Assembly (NCBI GenBank): GCA_017499595.2 | Contig: CM039010.1 | Location: 1,364,001 to 1,428,000, forward strand | DNA length: 64,000 bases | Direction: 5' to 3' | Source of the DNA: Psilocybe cubensis | Taxonomy: Eukaryota | Part shown: positions 39,705-49,459 of the stretch, piece by piece | Position numbering within the stretch: the first letter of the stretch is position 1 | Layout of the letters: each line of letters begins with the position of its first letter | Made by a program: the position numbers and the translations under genes | The notes under the pieces: model-generated | Database searches by the model: none | What the model was told of the DNA's origin: nothing | What the model saw: the letters and a program-made list of their open reading frames with translations, nothing else

Positions 39705-40186
39705 GTTGAGTTCGAGCGTTGGGTAGGGTGATGGTAGCTCTTCGTTTTTCTTTTTCTCTTTTCTCTGTCTCTTTTATTTATCTGAACCTTTCTTTCTCAT
39801 CTCTTTTTGTCTTTCCTTTACTTCTGAATCCCCGCCTTTATTTTCTACCATCCCACATTATAAACTGAACCAATATTACTGCACTGCACTGCATATTGTA
39901 TTTATATCGTCATATCATATCATCATAGCATCCGTAACAAATCATAACCACAACATATCACAACATTTTAGATCGTAGTCAAACATGTACCCTCTCTTCG
40001 AAATTGGCACTAAACTGGACGTTGACACTATCATAATCTAGTATCTATCTATCGTGCCTTAATCGACGTTCATACGTTCAAGTACACGAAATAATCATCA
40101 TCATCATCAATATAATCAAAGCAACATTGCTTTTCGATCACCCATCAAATTCGAAATATGCCTGAAAACGTTGTAATCGAGGCTTA

Positions 40187-40532
40187 CACGCCGGACAAAA
40201 ATGCTGACCAGTTAGCCTGAGTGTTGTCCTGACCAGTGACGTGACTAGTACCGTGACCGATTACATAGTGTCACAAATATGTTGTCACGCTAGTTCATTA
40301 TTAGTAGGCTCGACAGTAAATGGCAAATTACTTGATTGTCTTGCGTTGGAACTCAGTGCGTAGTAAGAAGAAATACTAAACAATCAATTAATATGTTATT
40401 TACTGTTGAGCCTACTAATAATGAATTAGCGTGACAATGTATGTGTGACACTATGTAGTTGGTCACGGTACTAGTCACGTCACTGGTCAGGACAACACCC
40501 AGGCTAACTGGTCAGCATTTTTGTCCGGCGTG
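40187..40532. mobile_element. Foldback MITE with ~135-bp TIRs and TTA target-site duplication (PIF/Harbinger Tourist-like)
   Basis: cacgccggacaaaaatgctgaccagttagcctg...ggctcgacagtaaa mirrors tttactgttgagcc...caggctaactggtcagcatttttgtccggcgtg. TTA at 40184-40186 and 40533-40535. Confidence 0.9.
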
Positions 40533-42269
40533 TTAGCCTCGCGAGCCAGGCCTTCTGTGAATCTCGTCTCTTTTCTGGATAAGGCAGGTACCGAGTGATA
40601 TGTTTGTACAAATGTTGTCTTTATTTATGTCGTCAAACATTGATCGGAGTGCGAAAAGAGAGAGATTCACAGAAGGCCTGGGACAAACGGTTCGGATTTG
40701 AGGGAATCCTCGTTTTGTGACTCGGACTTAGTGAAAAAAACGCGATTTGCCTCAACAACAACCTTCCACAACTTAAAAAAAAGTTGTCTACAGAATCATT
40801 TAGATAGGTTTCTTTTATAATAAAATTCATTTTTACAAGGTCACGAAAAAAATTTTTTTTGAGAAAAAAATGACTTGTAATTTGAGCCGAAAAATCATAT
40901 ATCATGGCGCAGGTGAACTGCTTCTAAGATTAGATGGCAGGTCCGGGCGGTTAATGAACCCAGTCTCTGCAGATGAAACAGACAATGAAAGAGACATACC
41001 TGCACATCCCACCTCCATCAAAAGTGAACCTCTGGATACCCAGATTGTCCCAAATGCAGTCTCTACATCCTCTGTAGATTCAAATCATGCTTCAGCTTCA
41101 GACAGTATGGGCGAGTCTAGCATGCAGGGTTTGACCTTGACATGGATCTTGAGGAAATAGAGGAGGAGTACGATGTTATTGAGGATTCAGAGGATTCAGA
41201 ATTCGAGGGGGAGGCGGACGGGTAGTGGTCGCAATCGACGTAGTTGTTCGAATTTCACTCAAGTCCGACGTGACAAAGCGTGACTCTGCCAAAACCGAAC
41301 CGTTTGGCCCAGCCGTTTCTGACGAAACCGAGCGGAGCTCGAAATATGCTGAGTCAGAAACGACTGGTGTACGAGCCTAATCAAGGCTACGACTTTCCGT
41401 GCAAAGCACGGCTACACTTAGTCTCGTTCCCATCCGTTATAGGGCACGATCTCCACTCCTGCGAGAGACCCGGGACTAATAAGCGGAGATCAAAGTCGGA
41501 GTCAAAAATTCTGCAAAATTTGATCGTAGAGATGTGCCCTATAACGTCTGGTGCAATTGCATCAGTAAAGATGCGGACATGTCACGCGGTGCTCACACAT
41601 CGACTCGACGCCATCTAAGTCAAGTTTTATGGTCAAAAGACAACAGGTCTCTTCGTTTAAAGATTTCATTTTACCATGTTTATAATCTCAAGTATGTAAA
41701 AGTGCCCTGTTGCCGGCAAAAATGTCAGAAAATTCCCGCTGGAAGACTTTGATGGCTCTAGCCCGTGTACAGGCAACTTGAAGTGTTAAGTGTGAAGATC
41801 TAACATACTTAGGCAGAATGGGACAGTAGCATTGAGACAGAAAGCAAAGGTATGCACATATAGTAACTTACATGTTCAATATACAATGAGCGCCAAGAGT
41901 GTGATTTAGCGGCGTAGCATATGAGCCCAGCTGAGTGAGCCCAGCCCAAATACAAATACCTAAACTATTGATTCAGCTGATTTGCTCGAAAATCACACAT
42001 ACGATATGGTTCAGCTGACTGCATAAGGTACCATTGTAATACCTTCATAATGAAGGAATTGTGTACTGAAGGGATAGCAAATACAGGGACAACGAGAATA
42101 GGAAGGTTGACGACAGGAACAGAAATGGGAAGGGGAATGAGGATAGCGGGAAGGACAATGAAGAAATATCTAATAGAACGTTGACAAAGCGTTAGGGAAT
42201 AAGTAAAGTAGATGCGTACAAGGAATATATCTCACCACCATTCAGCATGGATTTCACGTCAAAAAATAC

Positions 42270-42674
42270 CTAGTCCTCACAATCAGCATCGTATCCATCA
42301 TCACTGATATTAAGTCCACCCTCAACACCATCGTGTGCGACATCGGAAATACCGTACGAATGCTGACCCGAGTTGTCATCTTGATATTCGAAGTGCACCA
42401 CGACATTGGGGACCGGTTCTCGTTGGTCAACCACTGAGGAATTACCACTGCCCCACCCGGATTGATCCCCGTCCCCAGCATGCCCCTCATATCCGGAATC
42501 GTCAGACGTCAGATCGAAGGCTTGATCACCCCAGGTATCCGGAATAGCTGCAGGTGGGGTATTGGGTATATCGATGGTGCGTCCGCCTGTAACGAGTTCA
42601 TCAGAGATAAGTAAAATGTTTACAATCGACTCACGGAGAAAAGCCAGGATGGCTGCTATTGCACGGGCGAACAT
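42270..42674 (-). CDS. Hypothetical acidic protein with hydrophobic N-terminus (element cargo)
   Basis: 134-aa ORF MFARAIAAILAFLRESIVNILL...; upstream gtgagt..cag suggests a 5'UTR intron. Confidence 0.4.
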   Translation of the reverse strand: MFARAIAAILAFLRESIVNILLISDELVTGGRTIDIPNTPPAAIPDTWGDQAFDLTSDDSGYEGHAGDGDQSGWGSGNSSVVDQREPVPNVVVHFEYQDDNSGQHSYGISDVAHDGVEGGLNISDDGYDADCED

Positions 42675-43910
42675 TTTGGAAATGTACTCTGTGCGAGCGG
42701 TGAGTGCTATCCATCGACATTTAACTAGTACTCACCTTCAATTGGGGGCGGGCGTTTTGAAAATACACTGAGTCGTTGGGAGGGGGGAAGGAAGAACGGA
42801 GTTGGGGGTTGAATAATAAGGGAGAATTTAAGAAGCACCCTTTAAGCTTTCGGGACTGTTGCGCGGCGTATGGTCATCGATGGCGGCTTCGTTGCAGTGT
42901 ATTAAAATAGAATACAAATATTCGGGCCAGGGAAGTGTTCCCCATCTCATTGAATCAAGAATCCGATGACCGGCTTGGGACTCGGAATCATGGTATAGAA
43001 GATGCCAATTATTTCAGGATGTATATAAGGGACAAAATACATGTTCGTATATAATCTGAATATTATTCCGCCACCTATATTGAGTCCAGATAGGTCAGGG
43101 AATTCGTTACTCGAGATATTGCTCAGAGACACACTACCTGAGTATTGCAGACACATAACATGTATTGTGGGTATAAGGTGTGAATTCATGATATTGGAAA
43201 TATACAAAAAGTCTATCTCACCATCATTATACCCAAAACTACTAATGTCATCACCTCTGATACTTGTGGGTCCAATACCCCAATCTGAATATACACAAGG
43301 AAATTTGGAAAAGATGTGTGAAGTTGAATTCCTTCCTGATTGAGTAATTTTGGACCTGATCCGTTTAATTACCGGAAAGGTTGTAAATTTTAGCCTTGAG
43401 GTAAAAATAAGATAGCAAATTGTGCCATTTCAAAAATTAGGACTCTGAAAGCACTACATCACTTCCTTTGGGATAGGTTCTATAAGGCATTTGAAAGTTG
43501 TGTTTTACTGTTTCTTCCCCTGCATGCTCCTGTGATTCGTCTTCTGTGATGTCAGTTGGATTTGATCCGTAAAGTCGGAGATCCTATAACCTTTCAAGGT
43601 TTGTGATAAAATTATACCAAAAACTATGACTTCAAGAATAGGACCCTAAAAGCACCACATCCGATAAATAATGAAGGAGTCCATTTCCTCCAAGAAGTCC
43701 ATTCCTCCGTGCTAGCCTGGGAGTACGAATCCCAGAGCACGAATCCCAGAGCACGTGAGTGTGAGAGAATCCAATCAGTATGGGCAAAAAAGTCGCTCAA
43801 GAAGTTTCCACCATCCACAAGAAGACTTGTAGCACCTCCGAAAAGCAAGGTATGTGGATATCAAAATTTTGTATATACATTCCTGATAACTGATGCTTAT
43901 TACCAGAAGT

Positions 43911-44252
43911 ATGTCTGTGTCACCAACCCAAGTCTACGACTACGACTCCGAAACCGACATGAGGTTAGCCAATCATCCAACCCACAACACAGGCATTCCG
44001 TATTCGATTGCACAATACCAATGCGCCAACTGTTTCAGATGCCGATGTCGCTGCTACTGGGCTGACCGCGCTCATCATCGCCCCTGTAGAAGATGTCGCC
44101 GCCTACGCATTAAATGTTCACCTCAACAAGGAAACACTAGCCGCAATCACAACAGGCTACTGGACACTAGCAGAAGCCGCGGTAATGTAGATATGGGTGC
44201 CCTGGCTGCAAGGATACGTGATTTGGTTGGCAGTAGAGTACTAGAGGATTAG
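43911..44252 (+). CDS. Small Zn(II)2Cys6-motif protein
   Basis: C-AN-C-FRCRCR-C-YWADRAHHRP-C-RR-C-RRLRIK-C = CX2CX6CX10CX2CX6C. Confidence 0.55.
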   Translation: MSVSPTQVYDYDSETDMRLANHPTHNTGIPYSIAQYQCANCFRCRCRCYWADRAHHRPCRRCRRLRIKCSPQQGNTSRNHNRLLDTSRSRGNVDMGALAARIRDLVGSRVLED

Positions 44253-44538
44253 AAAATATTTACGGGGTCTCCTGTGCATGTATCCGAAATCAAATTCCGG
44301 GTCACAAAGTCTCCTATCTATGCTTTGTAAGAAATTCAAGGTCAGGGAACCTATGACAGTAGCAACACCTTTCTGTAAACAGGTTATCAGAATATAAATA
44401 TGGTCCACCTTTATTCAAAATTCCTTATAGGAGCAATTTTCCTATATGGTATGTTTTGAACAGACCCATCTGTGCAAACAAATGACAATAGCCTCGATTT
44501 ACAGTTAAATTTAGCATCATTGCCAATAAATCAAATTA

Positions 44539-45868
44539 ATGACACCCTCTTCTCGTTCAACACTAGCTATGCCACCAACCTACGGTCCTTTCAGTCGTAG
44601 CCCGGCAATGATCAAAACAATGCAAATCGCCCATTACCTCTGTGTCCGATTTGCTAGAGGAATAGGCAATTCCACTCAGGTTGACTCTGATGATTGGACT
44701 CTCACCGAGACCCAAGAATTCAATCAGTTAGCAGATGTGCTTGCTCGGGCGTTCAAGAATAAAAGTAAGTAGCACAATTTTATAGATATGGGATAATGCT
44801 TATCCTTTAAATATCATCCCAGAAATGCTGTCATGGAAGGCCGATGATTACAAGGACTGGTTGGAAGTGAACGGAAAAGGCGCCAGAGGGACTAATGCTG
44901 AATTTGAGCGCCGAGTTGCAGAGGAATTTCCTCCGCTGGTTCCAGGGGTCATTGTGTTTGAGACCGAGCCATTTATCCTCTGCGACATCAAAGGAAATAT
45001 TCTGATGTGGTATCTTCCCGGAGCTTTGAAAAATCGGCGTCAGGTGAGAAATTCCATCTCAATATGCCCACCCACAAGTCTGATTAATTTGTGCCAAGCT
45101 AAAAATGTGGAAAGAGCTGAAAATTCTTCAAGGATCCTTTTCCATCGACGAGTATTCCTCTAGCTGGAGGAAAAACACCAGCAACTATATGAAGCGAGAA
45201 GACTGCAAGACCTTAGCTCCTGGGACTGTTAGTATGGCACCAGCATGGTTTCAGCAAGGACACGCGGTGCGTCACCTTTAGATAATTACTTTCAGTACAT
45301 TGATGAATTATTTTAGAAAAGTAATCCATTGGAAGTCTCGGCCGAGCTTCGTAAAGCTCGAGGACTTCGTTGGATTGAAAACTTCTCAGATAGCGCTGCC
45401 CTTATTGGAGCTGCGCTTTCAATTATGCATACCTGGCAGTGGCAACTCGCAATCCAGGCCATGGATAATTTGTATCGAGATCCCGACCTAGTCGCCAAAA
45501 ACGAAACTCTTCCCCGTGTCCTCAATGCTTGGACTTCACCTCTCACTGGTATTTCTGTGATAAATAACCGCCTCGAGACTCCAACCCATCGAGACCGTGG
45601 AAGTGCATACGAGTGGTTCGACATCTTGTCCTCGATAGGAAAGTATCAAAACGGATACATGAGATTGCCAGGAGCTGGGGTGGAGGTTGCTTACGGTCCG
45701 GGAACTTTGGTGGGTATAGCCGGGAAGATATTAACTCATAATGCTTCGTCTGTTGGTGAACGAGCATGCATTGCACAGTACATGAAAGATAACGTAGTCA
45801 CAGCTCTTGTAACTTCCAATCACCGTCGCTGGGCTAATGCATCTTACATAGGGCGTATGGAGATGTAG
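44539..45868 (+). CDS. TET/JBP-family 2OG-Fe(II) dioxygenase (4 exons), apparently intact
   Basis: Spliced ORF has EPFILCDIKGNILMWYLPGAL, SWR, PGTVSMAPAWFQQGH, NRLETPTHRD (HxD), GPGTLVGIAGKILTH (distal His) and GERACIAQYMKDNV (2OG-binding Arg). No stops seen. Confidence 0.9.
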
Positions 45869-46355
45869 ACTAGTACTTTCCACACTTTGTTGGTCAATAG
45901 ATCTTAATTCCGAGTCATATTCAGCTCTCCGTATATTGATTAGAAACTGCCTAATAAGGACATTCATCAAGACTACCCGATATTGGGAAATGATGACAAT
46001 ATATGGTTAACCCAACAGGAAACCAGTGCTTCGCTATCTATGGAAAACATTTATGAATGGAAGGTGGAAAACTTCCTTATCCAGTAACCAATGAACATGT
46101 CCCCCTTGATACATGATATGTGATTCCTTATCCTGGCCCCGGCTCCCAGTCAGCCAGTTCCGCATTCCTACTAATCCGGCTCTTCAGTGACAGATCCGCA
46201 ATGTGACACGATCACCTGATCAATTTGTCACTAATTTTGTACTGTACGCGCTTGTCGAGGCTTGCTATATATCCATTATTACTTCCCTTTAATTCTATTC
46301 TACTATTCCTCATAAATACAGTACAGCACTTTGAATATTTCAGACACAAACAGGG

Positions 46356-49300
46356 ATGGCTACGCTGGTCACGACCCCATCCTTGCAGAGGCTCCTTTCC
46401 CTATTACTCGCTTTCGAGAAGTCAATCTTGTCGGCAACTACAGATACGCCAGCAAATTTCATTGAGAAAATAGACTCTATTACGGCTAAATATGTGCGTT
46501 TCTACTTATATCAAATGATAGTCCATCTAATAAAGTTTTAGCATGAAACCATGGCCGCGTTGGAAGCTGATACTGACGACATTATGAACAAATACCCTGA
46601 TTCCTGCGACTTTTCTATTGCGATGGCAGACCTCTTCATCAATGCGGACGACGAGAATCGTATGCCGACTCAAGAGGAAGTTGTACTCGCTGTTCAGGCC
46701 TACAAATCCTCGGTTGGAGAGGAATTCACTCATCCCCTTCTCAATGACCCTGCTAGACCCCTGAGGAAGAGGAAAGCACCTACACAGTATAGCGATGATG
46801 AAGACGGGTTCGGAGAGGAAGACCGTCAGGATTTTCAGGAAACCGGAAAAGTGGGTCGCCAAAAAACATTCTGAGACTATGATGAGCTCACGCAGAGGAC
46901 TCAGATGGGTGGCGGTATCAATGACGATGAGGACAGTGACTACGAGCCAACACAGAGGACGCGGATGAGTGAGAGAAGCAATGAGGATGGGGACAGTGAT
47001 TTAGAGCCGACTCAGATGACTCAGATGAGCCACCACAGCGAGGACCTCAATGTCCAAGATAATGAAGACCTCAACGAACTAGAGCCGAAGCCCAAAGCTC
47101 AGAAATTCGAGTACGATTCAGACAACATAGATATCTACCAAGATCACATCTCCCACATCGACCCAGTGTTTCCATCTGAAGACCAGTGCGCGAAATGCCT
47201 CAAATCCGGTTTTCGATGTTACGAATATGCACAACCTACAACAAAGCGCGCTTGCCGGCGATGTGTACGTTTGAGGGTCGGTTGTTCCACGTCCTGGAGG
47301 AGGACAAAAGGTCGACGATTCAAAAAAGCCAGAGTTGTATCTTTGTCCAAGGTTCAAGTCACTTCCAGGAAGCCCCGAAATGCCGCAAAGAAGAAAAGGT
47401 CCTCGGGTAACAGCACCGCAGGGAAGACTGCATCTCGAGGTAAGTGCCGAACTCACTTGCTTAACCATTGTATTCAAGTGTCATTCAGCCAACCTTCCAT
47501 CAAACATCCCTCAGATGGACAACCTTTGTGCCCGTCTCATCGCTGTGGAAAACTCTCAGAAGACCTTCAAATCACAAATTTCAACCCTGCAGTCGTCTAT
47601 CAAGGGCTTTGAAGTCGACCTTGAAACATCCAATGCATACATTGAGACGAACATCAGCTCTATGCACACCGAGATCAAGGAACAACTTGGGACCATACAC
47701 AACATCGAGTATAGGATTGACAAAAGGCTCGACAGTCACCACGAGCAACTGGCTGCCGTTCGGGACCAGCTGGATGTTCACGAGGCTAGGATAGAGAACC
47801 ACTCCCAGCAGCTTGTTGGAGTTCGTGAGGAGCTTAGAGTCATGGCAGCAGCAACATCCGATATGGCGAGGAGCACCCGTGACGTCATGGCTAATCTGGA
47901 GAAAACGATGACTACGACATTCAAAGAGGTATTTACGAACACCTTTGGCAACAACACATTGGAATCCAGAGTTCGACGTGTTATACACGACATTGCTTCA
48001 ACATCCCCTCTAACCACCAGCAGTAACAATACTGGTTCCTCCGCTGCCACTTCCATCGCACCAGCATCGCTCATTCTCAGTTCTTCCCCAATAGCCCCAC
48101 AAGATGTCCAAACGGCGCAGGTAATCTGGTCGGTAATCAAAGAACGTAACGATTTCTTCGAGGAGGTAATTGACGTCGAACAATTAGAGGATCAAGACGT
48201 CACTCCAGGTGTAGATGGCAGAGGGAAAGTAGGGGTTGAAAAGGAGAAGGATCAGGAAGCAGTGCGAGCGAATACCAACAAGAAGCAGGACGAGGTCACC
48301 CCATATACCCAGGATGGAGCGGACGCTTCCACACATACCCAGGAGTCAGCGGACGCTTCCACACATACCCAGGAGTCAGCGGACGCTTCCACACATACCC
48401 AAGAGTCAGCAGACGCATCCACACATACCCAGGACGCAGTGGACCATACTAGCACGGAGGTGAAGAATACAGAGAATCGCACTGATGTGGAGCTAGGGCC
48501 TGTCAAAGGTTTCACAGATATGGCGTCCGATGTAACTGCAATCAAGGCCGCTGGTGGACATGAAGATCAGTTCATGCTGAAAGAGCCGTCAGGGGACGCA
48601 GTGAAGGTTACAGAGCATCGCCTGGTTGCTGGGGTGGTTGCCGCGGTTGAGGGTAACGTTACAGATACAGCACTTGATAAGGATTTTGGGGCCGATGGAG
48701 ATAATGACACAGTTGTCAATGGAGGCACAGCACCTGATAAGGAGCGTCAAGAAGTTGGGACAGAGCAGGGAACAGGTTCGGAGATGGTTGGGGGTACAAC
48801 TCACGATGCGGAGCGTCAAGACGTTGAGCCGGAGAGAGGAACAGGTTCGGATAAGGTTGGGGGTACAGGAAATGATCAGGAGCATCAAGACATTGACACA
48901 GAGCGGGGAATGGGGTCGTTAGACATTGGGACGGAGCGGGGAACGTGTCCGGAGGTGGTTTTGGATAACACCAACAAGGTCGAGGGTGGGGTAAAGGGAT
49001 TACCAACGGGCTCGGAGACGGTTGCGGACGAGGCCAGCAATCTTCAGGGTGGGGTAAATCACTTAGACCCGGTTGTGGAAGAAGATGAGGATGAAGAGGA
49101 TGGGGACCATGATTCGACAGCCCACCCTTCAAGGGAACAGACCCCAGTGTCGAACCTAACTTCCTTGAAGCACACAAACCTGCTGCCCGAATATATGGAT
49201 ATATGGAGCCCTGGAGCCTCCACTCAGATGGACAGTCCAAGGTCTCCTGCTGTTCCCAGCCCCACTCCCACCCAACTTGACCACACTGAAACTCTCGAGC

Positions 49301-49398
49301 CCGACAAACCGAAGAGGTCAAGATCCAGAGCACGAAGCACAGGCCCAACCCGTCAAATGCCGATTCGGGCTGGCAGGGGTGCAGGAAAACTAATGTAA
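46356..49398 (+). CDS. Zn(II)2Cys6-motif + coiled-coil + acidic low-complexity protein (4 exons)
   Basis: CAKCLKSGFRCYEYAQPTTKRACRRCVRLRVGC = CX2CX6CX11CX2CX6C. Heptad region LIAVENSQKTFKSQISTLQSSIKGFEVDLE... Introns gtgcgt..tag, gtgggt..cag, gtaagt..cag. Confidence 0.7.
48302..48436 (+). repeat. Coding 30-bp tandem repeat (ADASTHTQES), ~4.5 copies
   Basis: acacatacccaggagtcagcggacgcttcc repeated. Confidence 0.9.
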
Positions 49399-49459
49399 AG
49401 GATTTCAATGTTTAGATATGAATCTACTTTGAATAAATCTACATCAACTATCTGACTAC

